DNA from: a phage
Length of the DNA stretch: 64,000 nucleotides
Strand: one strand, 5' to 3'
NCBI GenBank assembly: GCA_012441205.1
Contig: GCA_012441205.1_4705.1
In this document: positions 46,398 to 55,753 of the stretch, piece by piece
Position numbering within the stretch: position 1 is the first letter of the stretch
How the letters are laid out: each line of letters begins with the position of its first letter
The notes under the pieces: model-generated
Seen by the model: only the letters and a program-made list of their open reading frames with translations
Database searches by the model: none
Told to the model about the DNA's origin: nothing
Made by a program: the position numbers and the translations under genes

Positions 46398-47333
46398 TTA
46401 GCCTTGTTCTTCTGGAGAACGACCCTGGAGGCTTGCGGTATGTCCGTCGACGTTGTAATAGAAAATCAATGGACCGCCGACAGCAGTACAGTAGTTTTCA
46501 TCCAGACTGATCTCGATACCGTATTGGTAACCTGCTCGTGCTGGAATACGTCCACCTAACTCGCCGTTGAAAGCCACTTTAGCGTTATACAGGTTATACG
46601 GTGCGATGTTGTCGTCTAATACCCAACGATCGGTAGTCATTTCAGCCAGAAGATCGGCAACCACCACATCGCTAATAACGGTACCTGTTACCAGCGAAGC
46701 CAGCAGTTCACCGTAATCAGAGGTATCACGACTGTAACTGTAAATCTCACCGCTAGCGCGTACGCCTTGACCAAAGAACTTAAGACCATCCAGCTCCTTG
46801 ATCGCGATAATATCATCAAGATTCGGTACACGCGACTTCATCAAGATACGAACGCTCCCCGTCCAAGCCAGGCAGTTAGATGCGACACGAAGCAATTGTC
46901 CGTTAACAGTATCCCAGTTAAGTTCGTCGTTGACGATTTCTTCCGCGGTAAGACCAAGACCGAAACGTTCTTTGATGATAGGCCAGATATCACGCATCTT
47001 GGCGGCGTCTGGCGCATCGATAAGAATAGGCGCTACGTTACGCAGATACGCACCGATATTGATACGATCGTAATACAGCGTCGTCGAACCTTCATAATCG
47101 TCTAACTCGGTAAGCTTAGCGGTTGCTGTCGCCGTAATCTGGGTGTCGCGCTCATAGGCGCTTTGGTTGGTGGTTGGTGTTCCTAAAACCAATAATTCAG
47201 GGGTTAGGATATGCTCTCCGTTCTGAGGTGGGTTATCGTGGTTGATAAGACCATACACGAGATCGGATGAGGGTAAAGAGACGTCGACCGGGTAAAGTTC
47301 GGTGTCGTCAATAGTTGTTACCGTATCACTCAC
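46398..47333 (-). CDS. YYDR-domain paralog family member
   Basis: LYYDRINIG ... LAWTGSVRILM ... DENYCTAVGGPLIFYYN. Confidence 0.6.
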   Translation of the reverse strand: MSDTVTTIDDTELYPVDVSLPSSDLVYGLINHDNPPQNGEHILTPELLVLGTPTTNQSAYERDTQITATATAKLTELDDYEGSTTLYYDRINIGAYLRNVAPILIDAPDAAKMRDIWPIIKERFGLGLTAEEIVNDELNWDTVNGQLLRVASNCLAWTGSVRILMKSRVPNLDDIIAIKELDGLKFFGQGVRASGEIYSYSRDTSDYGELLASLVTGTVISDVVVADLLAEMTTDRWVLDDNIAPYNLYNAKVAFNGELGGRIPARAGYQYGIEISLDENYCTAVGGPLIFYYNVDGHTASLQGRSPEEQG

Positions 47334-47392
47334 GGTGACCTCCTCGCCAGGAATTAGATAAAAAAGACTTTACGATTTGCTGCGCTATCACG

Positions 47393-49804
47393 TTAAACGT
47401 CCTCGATAGGCAAAGGTTTAACAATCAAACGATTGAGCGGATTCGATAGACGCATACTGATAGGCTTATACGCAGCATGATTCGTCTCACTTAGAGCCAC
47501 TGATCTGAAACGACCGTTCAACTGTTTGTAAATCGGTTCTATCCAGAGACCTCGAAGATCACGTTTACGGAAACGTTGTTCGAACGGTTTGATTGGGGTT
47601 ACGGTTAACCCACGCAACGACTCTGATGGCAGACGCTCACGAAGGTCGCGTGGTGCCCGACCTGGGAACGGTGCAAGCCACAAACCATCGAGCGGATTTT
47701 TACGGAAACGCAACGAGACAGGATCGCTAATGACTTGTGCCCAATATTGCGTACTGAATCGAACGGTTTGGGTGTTCTCGTAACCACTACAATCACACCA
47801 GGTTGGTTTCGGAGGCGCTTCCAAACTTTCAACCGCTGATTCACGCCAGTTCGTCATCGGGTTGTTATCATGCACGAATTTGATAACTTCCGTAGCCTGG
47901 TTATCCGTATCATGAACGTTTGCCTGTGCCCAGTCTTCCCACAGTTCTTCACTACCACTTACTAAACTCGAACCGAGACGAACGGCGATTTTATTTAGTG
48001 GTTTGATTGGGTCACTGTTGATTGTCTGGATAAAATGGATGGTGTAACTGCTCAATGTCTTAAGCAGCTGCAGCATTCCGTATTGAATATCCTTAAGACT
48101 GGTGACATCTTCCAAATCCTGGCCGGTGGCCTTTGTGAAGATATCGAGAGCCAGAATACCCGCCTCTTCTTGACTGATTGCGTCAAGCTCCCAATCCATC
48201 GATAAGAACCATTCCTTGTAAAGCTGTCCAATACCGAAGTCGACACCAACATCCATGTAGAAGTTTTCAACGATTGCTTCAGCCATGCCTCGAGCTTGAT
48301 AATGTTCTTGGAGCTGATACATGAACTGATGGCGACGCCAGCCCTGGTAAATCTCGGTAACGGCGCTCAGAAACTCTTCAGTACTGACGACAGCACGCAG
48401 CGTCACTTGCTTATCCAAACACCACCAGATCAGTTTATCGGGAATGATAGCAGGATCGGTAATGCTACGGAGATGGTCGAATGTCGGTAGCGTTAACACC
48501 CTGACGTGGTTAGCATGGATCTTAGGTACTTCAATCAGCGTCATGCCCATCGAATAGTTCAGCAAATACAAGAACAGCTTGTATGCATCTTTCATCGACA
48601 TCGTCATGGTATCACCCGTCACCGGGTTGGTTGTCGTTAACCGTGACTGATACATGCCTATCGCGCTAAGATGAATCCATTCGTTCAGCAGGAAATCATA
48701 CTTAGGATACAGTTCACTGTCTGTAAGGTCTTCGGCTTCACTTTCCAACACCTTGGTCGTTAAGGTATTGTTGTCATGCATCGACATCTTCTCTATCGTG
48801 CGGTTAAGCTCGGTATAATACTCCGCTTCGTTATCCCGCGCTAAAGGGAACTGTTGCTGCATCACGGTGGTGACCTTACGTCTTACCGTGCCATTACCGA
48901 CGATCTCTTGAAGGTTAAGCGGTTTACGCTCCATGTAAACAGCAGGTTTTAACGTCTGGGGTATCTCGGAAGCGTCTTGTTTGATCGAGAACGCACCGAT
49001 TGGAATTCCACGATCGGTTAATACCTTTTGAATGAGCTTATCGTAGTTTTCCGTTCTGCCCATGTTTCTTTCAACGTAAGCGATGTTACGATAGAACCAG
49101 AGCATTTGGGATTCGGTCATGTATCGCTTGAATCGATCGAGACCTTGATGGCTTGCCAGATAACTCCAGATATGGAAGCTATGGGCATAATGGGTATGAC
49201 AGTTTTCCCAACGAATACCTTTTATCATCTCAGGTATTTGTGTGAATAGGATGGCGTATAGCGCAGGCCAATGAAGCATATCGACGCTCTCGTATGCCGG
49301 ATGTTCCCAGCGTCTGAAGTAATCGTCGATTTCTTGCTGTAAACGTGGAATAAGATTGGCCTCGCGTGACTCAACCTCTTGTGTATCGTACCAGAGAATC
49401 TCATGATTGCGTGCCGCAATTGCTTTCTCGATATCGATGGGGTTAAGGATACCCAAGATCAACATACGTTGTTCCGGGTACCGCGCAATTAAACGATTGA
49501 AATAATCTCCACCATACGCGTACTCCCTTGCCGTCATGCGATGCCGTAACATGTTTTCCTTAGTGAACTCGATCTCTTCGAGCGTATCCAGGGAATTTAC
49601 GGTCATCATTGTCTGACAAGGATGATACTCGCCAGCGAGATTCATGTAGTATAACCACGTGCGTGGGTCGTCCCCGACGGCCATCTGGTAGACTTCGGAA
49701 ACCTTGAGGTTTAACCGTTCTGCCGTGATGTCGCTTTTAATAATCAGGGTGTCCGTTAGACGCTGCACGCTTTCCGAATAAAGCTGATAGTCAGTGTTGG
49801 ACAC
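47393..49804 (-). CDS. large hypothetical protein with C-terminal R/L/W repeat motifs
   Basis: Track ORF to 49873 (TTG); GTG at 49804 has GGAGGA 6 nt upstream. C-terminus repeats SLRFRKNPLDGLWLAPF / RKRDLRGLWIEPIYK / RFRSVALSE. Confidence 0.55.
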   Translation of the reverse strand: MSNTDYQLYSESVQRLTDTLIIKSDITAERLNLKVSEVYQMAVGDDPRTWLYYMNLAGEYHPCQTMMTVNSLDTLEEIEFTKENMLRHRMTAREYAYGGDYFNRLIARYPEQRMLILGILNPIDIEKAIAARNHEILWYDTQEVESREANLIPRLQQEIDDYFRRWEHPAYESVDMLHWPALYAILFTQIPEMIKGIRWENCHTHYAHSFHIWSYLASHQGLDRFKRYMTESQMLWFYRNIAYVERNMGRTENYDKLIQKVLTDRGIPIGAFSIKQDASEIPQTLKPAVYMERKPLNLQEIVGNGTVRRKVTTVMQQQFPLARDNEAEYYTELNRTIEKMSMHDNNTLTTKVLESEAEDLTDSELYPKYDFLLNEWIHLSAIGMYQSRLTTTNPVTGDTMTMSMKDAYKLFLYLLNYSMGMTLIEVPKIHANHVRVLTLPTFDHLRSITDPAIIPDKLIWWCLDKQVTLRAVVSTEEFLSAVTEIYQGWRRHQFMYQLQEHYQARGMAEAIVENFYMDVGVDFGIGQLYKEWFLSMDWELDAISQEEAGILALDIFTKATGQDLEDVTSLKDIQYGMLQLLKTLSSYTIHFIQTINSDPIKPLNKIAVRLGSSLVSGSEELWEDWAQANVHDTDNQATEVIKFVHDNNPMTNWRESAVESLEAPPKPTWCDCSGYENTQTVRFSTQYWAQVISDPVSLRFRKNPLDGLWLAPFPGRAPRDLRERLPSESLRGLTVTPIKPFEQRFRKRDLRGLWIEPIYKQLNGRFRSVALSETNHAAYKPISMRLSNPLNRLIVKPLPIEDV

Positions 49805-49831
49805 GATCGGTCCTCCAAGGAGCCAGTGTAA

Positions 49832-52741
49832 ATGAACGATATAAATAAAGGGCGCGTCGCCCTCGAACGTCAAATGAGCAATAATGACGTTGCGAAGGCA
49901 CTCATGAACAAATTTGTCGCTCCTGCTCCGCAGTCACGTCTTTATAATACACGTGATGCGGAAGGAGCGAACGGTCGTTTCGGGTTAGTTGTTCCCGACC
50001 AAATGACGATGAACACGGTTACGCGTGCTACCGCGACAAACATCGAGGATAATAAAAACATCCTCGAGCTGTTCCCTGAACTTAAACGCGTGATGCAGAT
50101 CTATGTTGCCGCGTTGACGAACCCTAACGATCTTAAGACGGTCGAGATGTTTATCGACAGCGAAGATTTCCCCGGCAGAGTCGCAGAAATCGTTCAGCCG
50201 ATGATCGATACCATCGACACGCATTTTAAGAATATCTATAAAATAAAGACGCTTATCCCTCGTATCATCGAAGACGTCTTCTTTATCAAGGGCAGTTATA
50301 ACTTCGTTGTTCTGCCGGAAAGCACGCTCGACCGCGCCATTAATGGTAACGGTCAACTGAAACTTGAAGAATACGGATTTAAAGACAACCATTTTGCAAG
50401 TTGGGGGCTTCTAGGTAACGACAGTCGCAAACGCCACGAAAATCAATTACCTGCGACGGTTTCGATGGAAGATTATTTCTCGGGTGTTAATGAAACCATA
50501 CCGTACGATCCTGTTGTTCGCATAGACAGCATCAAGTTTACCAATACCCTGCTTCGCGATAAGGACGGTAAATTCATTGAAGCGAAGATCGATATTCCGG
50601 ATATGGTTACGGTTGTCGATAACCCAGACATCCTCCGCATGCCTATTCTGCATCAACGTCGAGCAGCGACAGCAGTGCAGCGTGCGTTACGCGCAAACAC
50701 GTTAGGAGGTAGTGGTTTGGTAACGCTGTCAGGCGATCCGACCCTAACCGCTAACCGACGTGAGCTGTCGCAAGAACAGGTTAACGAGATCTGGAATAAG
50801 CTCAACATCCAGCGCCACACCAAGGTATCGCCCGTTTACGCGCTGGCAACCCCAGATACGCTTGATCGTCAAAGCGTTGGCCATCCTGGCGTGATGCATG
50901 TACCACCTGAGGCATTAGAACCCGTACATGCGCCCGGTGATCCTGAGAACCATATCGGGTATTTGGTTCAGTTGGATGAGTTTGGTTATCCAGTACGTTT
51001 GGTTGAAGATGCGGCGTATTACAAGCAGTTGGAAGGTCGGTTGTCGAAGATCACCGCAGATATCGCAGGTACGTCAAGCAACGGCATGGCGAGCGAGATG
51101 ATTGGTGCAGCCAAGAACATGATCCAAGGTACGTCATGTAATCAGGTAGACATGTCGGCCTTCGTATCATCGTACGAATCGCTGATGCAACGTTACATTG
51201 TCGAACGTATCGTTAACGGTTATCTTGGCAGTGCGGTGGAGATCGGTGCGACATCATCGTTTTATCTGTCGATGCTTGCTCGTAGCCTCGCTCACAAGCA
51301 GACCCGTGTTTTGTTTATTCCTCGAGAGATGGTGACTTACATCGCCTATGAATACAACAAATACGGTATCGGTCGTTCGCTGCTTGAAAGTACGAAGATG
51401 ATCTCATCGCAACGAGCCATGCTCATGGTTCAAGAACTGATGGCGAAAATCAAAAGTTCGTTGAACTATACGACGCTAAGCGTAATGCTTGAAGACACCG
51501 ACAGAAACCCGGTCGATACCGTCGAACAAGCACTGCATAGTTTCGCTCGTGTCTACCAGTCTGGTTTCCCGTTGGGTGAAACTAACCCGATGGATATCAT
51601 CAACGCGTACGAACGAAGCTCGATTAGATTGAAGGTTGAGGGGAATAACCCACGCTTCCCGAAATTGAATACAGACGTCAGTGTTGAGCAGCGTAACTAT
51701 CAGTCTCCTGATAATGAGCTGATGGATCGTTACCGTCGTGACCATTTCATGGGCTTGGGTGTGTCTCCGGAGATTATCGATACTTCCTACCAATCTGAAT
51801 TCGCAGCTTCTGTGATTACAGCTAACGCGATGCAAGAGAAACAGTTCACGGTTTGTCGTGAGGTGATCACGAATGGGTTATCGGACCACATCAAGAAATA
51901 TACGGCATACAGTCCCGTGTTGTTGACGTCGTTACGAAACACGGTTCGTGCGAACATGTCTAAGCTTTCCCAGGCACAATTGAAGCAGCTTTTTGGTAGC
52001 GATTTCGAAAACGGTGTTATCCGTAACGTTAACGCCTATCAGGAGATTGACGACCAATCAGCAACAATGGATCTGGATTACACTAAACCAGAAGTCCAGG
52101 AAGTTATTGCCGATGCTTATGTGTCCATGTTCTTAAACAGCCTGCGTGTGCGTTTACCGGATAGCAATGCCCGTCGCCTTGAAGATCAGGTACGTGAATA
52201 TAATCAGTACAAGGAAGCGATTACTGCGCAACTTGATGATTATTTAACGCCTGATTACGTCATGGGTCTGGGTGGGGTTGATGAAACAACGCTGCAGATG
52301 ATCCGCGCATGCATTATTGGTACCGCGATGCGTACGTGGGCAAAAGAGAACAACTTCAATCAGGAGCTGGCTGATCTCTTCAGTCTTGACGATAAGAAGA
52401 ATGCCGTGCAAGATTGGAAACGTATGTCCATGGAACATATTGAAGTCATGGGTAAATGCATGGGTGATTTTGCATTGTATATTCAGAATCTGACGAAGAA
52501 GATTGAAGAGAAGATGGGAGCTCAAGCACAGGACGGTAGCGTTTCATCTGATGGTTCGTGGTCATCCGATTCAAGTAGCGATACCGGTTCTTCTGATGAC
52601 TTCGGTGGCGGTGACGATTTCGGAGATACCGATTTCGATACCGAAACGATGGAGGAAACCTCAACAGAAGAAACAACCACATCTGAGGAAACGACGACCG
52701 ACACAACGTCAGAAGACGACACTTCAGGTGACATTGTCTAA
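49832..52741 (+). CDS. large hypothetical protein (969 aa) with extremely acidic Ser/Asp/Thr/Glu-rich C-terminal tail
   Basis: AAGGAG 9 nt upstream of ATG; last ~70 aa are DGSVSSDGSWSSDSSSDTGSSDDFGGGDDFGDTDFDTETMEETSTEETTTSEETTTDTTSEDDTSGDIV. Confidence 0.6.
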   Translation: MNDINKGRVALERQMSNNDVAKALMNKFVAPAPQSRLYNTRDAEGANGRFGLVVPDQMTMNTVTRATATNIEDNKNILELFPELKRVMQIYVAALTNPNDLKTVEMFIDSEDFPGRVAEIVQPMIDTIDTHFKNIYKIKTLIPRIIEDVFFIKGSYNFVVLPESTLDRAINGNGQLKLEEYGFKDNHFASWGLLGNDSRKRHENQLPATVSMEDYFSGVNETIPYDPVVRIDSIKFTNTLLRDKDGKFIEAKIDIPDMVTVVDNPDILRMPILHQRRAATAVQRALRANTLGGSGLVTLSGDPTLTANRRELSQEQVNEIWNKLNIQRHTKVSPVYALATPDTLDRQSVGHPGVMHVPPEALEPVHAPGDPENHIGYLVQLDEFGYPVRLVEDAAYYKQLEGRLSKITADIAGTSSNGMASEMIGAAKNMIQGTSCNQVDMSAFVSSYESLMQRYIVERIVNGYLGSAVEIGATSSFYLSMLARSLAHKQTRVLFIPREMVTYIAYEYNKYGIGRSLLESTKMISSQRAMLMVQELMAKIKSSLNYTTLSVMLEDTDRNPVDTVEQALHSFARVYQSGFPLGETNPMDIINAYERSSIRLKVEGNNPRFPKLNTDVSVEQRNYQSPDNELMDRYRRDHFMGLGVSPEIIDTSYQSEFAASVITANAMQEKQFTVCREVITNGLSDHIKKYTAYSPVLLTSLRNTVRANMSKLSQAQLKQLFGSDFENGVIRNVNAYQEIDDQSATMDLDYTKPEVQEVIADAYVSMFLNSLRVRLPDSNARRLEDQVREYNQYKEAITAQLDDYLTPDYVMGLGGVDETTLQMIRACIIGTAMRTWAKENNFNQELADLFSLDDKKNAVQDWKRMSMEHIEVMGKCMGDFALYIQNLTKKIEEKMGAQAQDGSVSSDGSWSSDSSSDTGSSDDFGGGDDFGDTDFDTETMEETSTEETTTSEETTTDTTSEDDTSGDIV

Positions 52742-52771
52742 ACGGATGTAAAAAAAATAACACATAGTTAA

Positions 52772-52806
52772 CCTTCTCCCCAACCCGATGAGGGAAGGGG
52801 AGAAGG
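52772..52806. terminator. nested hairpin element between convergent genes
   Basis: CCTTCTCCCC-aa-CCCgatgaGGG-aa-GGGGAGAAGG. Confidence 0.6.
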
Positions 52807-52826
52807 GCTATGCGCTATTTAATTTA

Positions 52827-53099
52827 TTACGAGGTTAACCACGATTCAATTGTGGTGAGTTTGCTTCTCAGTACGCGCCAACTAGGGTGTGGTGGGATCA
52901 CAGCGCCTTTGTCGATTACGGTTAACTGAACCTGGTACTTCTGCTGCATACGCGCTACCGTGTCGCTTATCGAGAGGAAAAGCTGGTAACGTTCATATGC
53001 CGTCAGTTCACTGTCCTGTTGAACTGCGTTGGCCGCTAACGTAATTTCGCGTAAGTCCTTTGCATCCACAGAGACGGTAATGAGTTTATATTGACTCAT
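52827..53099 (-). CDS. hypothetical small protein
   Basis: 90-aa ORF at the 3' end of the 59.2-52.8 kb minus-strand block. Confidence 0.45.
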   Translation of the reverse strand: MSQYKLITVSVDAKDLREITLAANAVQQDSELTAYERYQLFLSISDTVARMQQKYQVQLTVIDKGAVIPPHPSWRVLRSKLTTIESWLTS

Positions 53100-53160
53100 A
53101 CGGTTTCCTTATCAACTAGGGTATTGCAAATACAATACCCACCGTCGGACGATAAGTTAA

Positions 53161-55719
53161 TTACTGCTCTTCACGTTCCAGCAGATACTCGGAAGCGGTA
53201 ATACCGTTTACCGTACGTACTGCTTTCAGACGAGTATCATCGCTCAGAATTACAGTAACAGATTGCAGACCTTTTACTTTGGTTTCGAAGGTCTTGAACA
53301 CCTGATCCAGCATACGAGCAATGCTTGGGTTGGTTGCAGCCGATGCGTGGGTGTAACCGCTTTGGTTCAGCTTCAGAATCTTGGCGTTGGTCGGTACGCG
53401 AACAACAACATGCGGACGCATCGCGAACACGCTATGATTAAACCAGTAAGCATCGTTGCTATCTTCGTCGGTAACGATGTCTGGATTAACACGCATATCC
53501 TCGACAGCCGCATCCGCCAAACGACGTTCGATTTCATCGGCGTCCAGAGAGCCATCTTTCTCCAGTTCTGCACGATACTCACTCATGGCAACCAGATGAC
53601 GTTCACGATTCGCTGCGGATTTTTCGTGAGCGGCTTTCAGGTAGTCATGCATGTTGTACAGTTCTGCCATGGAAAGACGAATGTTCCACTGACCTTCGCC
53701 GTCACGATTGCAGTAGAGACACTTCAGCATGTTGACCCAGGTATAGTAGCAATTGGAGAATTCATCTTCAATGAACTTCTGGTCCATTTTAAGATCGTGA
53801 ATCAGCCAACCGGACAGTTCTCCGATATCATCAACGAAGCTAGAGATGGTGGTTTCAGAGAAGTTCTTCGGTACGATACGTTTGATCAGCTTATTGACGT
53901 CTTTGGTCATGCTATCGTTCAGGAAATGCCAGATACGCAGAGGAATAACATCTCGATACTGTTGCATGATCTGACGATAAGCTTTGATATCGTCGCTACG
54001 ACCTTTATCAATAGACAACGCATCCAGGAATTCATGGATTGCATCCAGCTCTTTGTCGGTATAGGTTCCCAGATAGGAATTGACGGTGGCAAGGAATGCT
54101 AATGCGTCGTTTTGGTTGACGTCGGTGTTGGTCTGCTGAATGATTGCCACTGAAGCTTTGGTTTCAGCATCCTCAACGCTTGACGCTGCGATTGCGTCGG
54201 TGACGGTAAACAGTTTCATTTCGCGCTGCTCACCGACAACGATTGGCTCACGTTGAACCGGTTTGTTAAGACTAACACGAACAACTTCTGCTTGCGCGAT
54301 ACGATCCAGTTTTGCCATTTCCTGCTCTGCCATACGACGAGCGGTTGGATCTGATTCAAGTTCGATGTATTCCACTTCTTCCTCCGTGAGGGATGTAATG
54401 TCAACAATGGTTTCATGAAGAATTCCGTTTTCGTCGATACGTGCTCGACGAGCGAAGTGCCTGAAGTCATACAACGTCGGCCAACGACTATTAGGTGCAA
54501 AGTCTTTGGCTTTCAGACGCATCTGCATAAATTCTTCATGTTGAACAACACGACCGTAACGCTTAGCATCTTCGGTCGCATCAATTGGATTAACGGTCTT
54601 TGTTACCGTAGCAGAACGAGCCGTACGAACGGGTTCCGGTTTCACCTGCGCAGGTTCAGGTTGAACGGGTTTCTGCTGCCCAGCCTTAACATGCCATTCT
54701 GGCTCTTCGTACTGTTCAGCAAACTGTTCAGCCGCTGCAAAGATATCGTTGATACCACCAATATCTCCTTCAGGATTTGTCGAGTAAATCCGTGGTTGTG
54801 GTGCCTCGTAACGCGGCGCTGTAGTAGCAGGCACCTCATCAACGATAGGATCGTCATCACCAACATCATACAAACGGTTGAACGCACAATCCTTCGAATC
54901 AATGTACGATGGCGCTTGTGGTTGGACAACCGTCGGCCGAGGTTGTGCACCGTATCCTGGTGTTGTTGGAGCCATGCCGCGCATAACTGCCGGACTAGGT
55001 TGGTATTGCGGTTGCGGATAGGTTCCACCATACATAGCGTACGCAGGCTGTTGTGGTTGACCATACCCGTTGCTAACCATCGCGCTTGCTTGCGGCCCAC
55101 GATAAGTCATCCCCATCTGCATCACCTGCTGCTTCAAACCACGTGACTTCTGAGCGATTTGCGCTAGGCTTCCGCTTTTATTCAGCTGCGTGTACTTATT
55201 CGCGGCTTCCGGGTTAATGCGTGATAATTCGATCGCGCGATAATATTCCGGGTACTGATTCGGTTCAAAGAGCCACGTTACAAGGTGATACAGCGCAACT
55301 GTGCTCACAGCAGCAGAGACGATCTGGTCGTCGGACGCGTTCTGCGGCATCGGGTTGATGTAAGAGAATACGTTCCAACAACAGTCTTCAACAAGCGATT
55401 CCATCATCATATCGTTATTGGTATAACGTGCGACGAACTCGGTTTGTATTTTGTCTTGCTGAGCGAAGTCTTTCAGGACATTAAAGATGGCTTGACGGAT
55501 TTTGACGATCGTCGCTTCTTGGGTGATGAAGTTATAGTTCTGCTGATATGAGGGTTGTTGGTATTGTGGTGGTTGATAGGCGTTATTCGGGTATGCGCCG
55601 TACGGAGATTGCTGATACTGTTGCTGACGAACCTGTTCAGCCGCATAATTAACCGTGCTCGTATAAGGGTTTTCGCTATAACCCATTTGTTGATACATGT
55701 TGTTACTGCCATTATACAT
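53161..55719 (-). CDS. 852-aa protein with prion-like Q/Y/P/G-rich low-complexity regions
   Basis: N-terminal ~60 aa (YQQMGY ... QQQYQQSPYGAYPNNAYQPPQYQQPSYQQNYN) and a second stretch (GYGQPQQPAYAMYGGTYPQPQYQPSP...); AAGGA upstream of ATG. Confidence 0.6.
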   Translation of the reverse strand: MYNGSNNMYQQMGYSENPYTSTVNYAAEQVRQQQYQQSPYGAYPNNAYQPPQYQQPSYQQNYNFITQEATIVKIRQAIFNVLKDFAQQDKIQTEFVARYTNNDMMMESLVEDCCWNVFSYINPMPQNASDDQIVSAAVSTVALYHLVTWLFEPNQYPEYYRAIELSRINPEAANKYTQLNKSGSLAQIAQKSRGLKQQVMQMGMTYRGPQASAMVSNGYGQPQQPAYAMYGGTYPQPQYQPSPAVMRGMAPTTPGYGAQPRPTVVQPQAPSYIDSKDCAFNRLYDVGDDDPIVDEVPATTAPRYEAPQPRIYSTNPEGDIGGINDIFAAAEQFAEQYEEPEWHVKAGQQKPVQPEPAQVKPEPVRTARSATVTKTVNPIDATEDAKRYGRVVQHEEFMQMRLKAKDFAPNSRWPTLYDFRHFARRARIDENGILHETIVDITSLTEEEVEYIELESDPTARRMAEQEMAKLDRIAQAEVVRVSLNKPVQREPIVVGEQREMKLFTVTDAIAASSVEDAETKASVAIIQQTNTDVNQNDALAFLATVNSYLGTYTDKELDAIHEFLDALSIDKGRSDDIKAYRQIMQQYRDVIPLRIWHFLNDSMTKDVNKLIKRIVPKNFSETTISSFVDDIGELSGWLIHDLKMDQKFIEDEFSNCYYTWVNMLKCLYCNRDGEGQWNIRLSMAELYNMHDYLKAAHEKSAANRERHLVAMSEYRAELEKDGSLDADEIERRLADAAVEDMRVNPDIVTDEDSNDAYWFNHSVFAMRPHVVVRVPTNAKILKLNQSGYTHASAATNPSIARMLDQVFKTFETKVKGLQSVTVILSDDTRLKAVRTVNGITASEYLLEREEQ

Positions 55720-55753
55720 TTCTTACGATCCTTTTTATTTATTCGGTTATGTG

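Noticed and set aside
49842-49849. TATAAATA, a T4-late-promoter-like sequence
   Set aside because: It lies inside the first codons of CDS 49832..52741 and is not repeated upstream of other candidate late genes, so it is probably coincidental.
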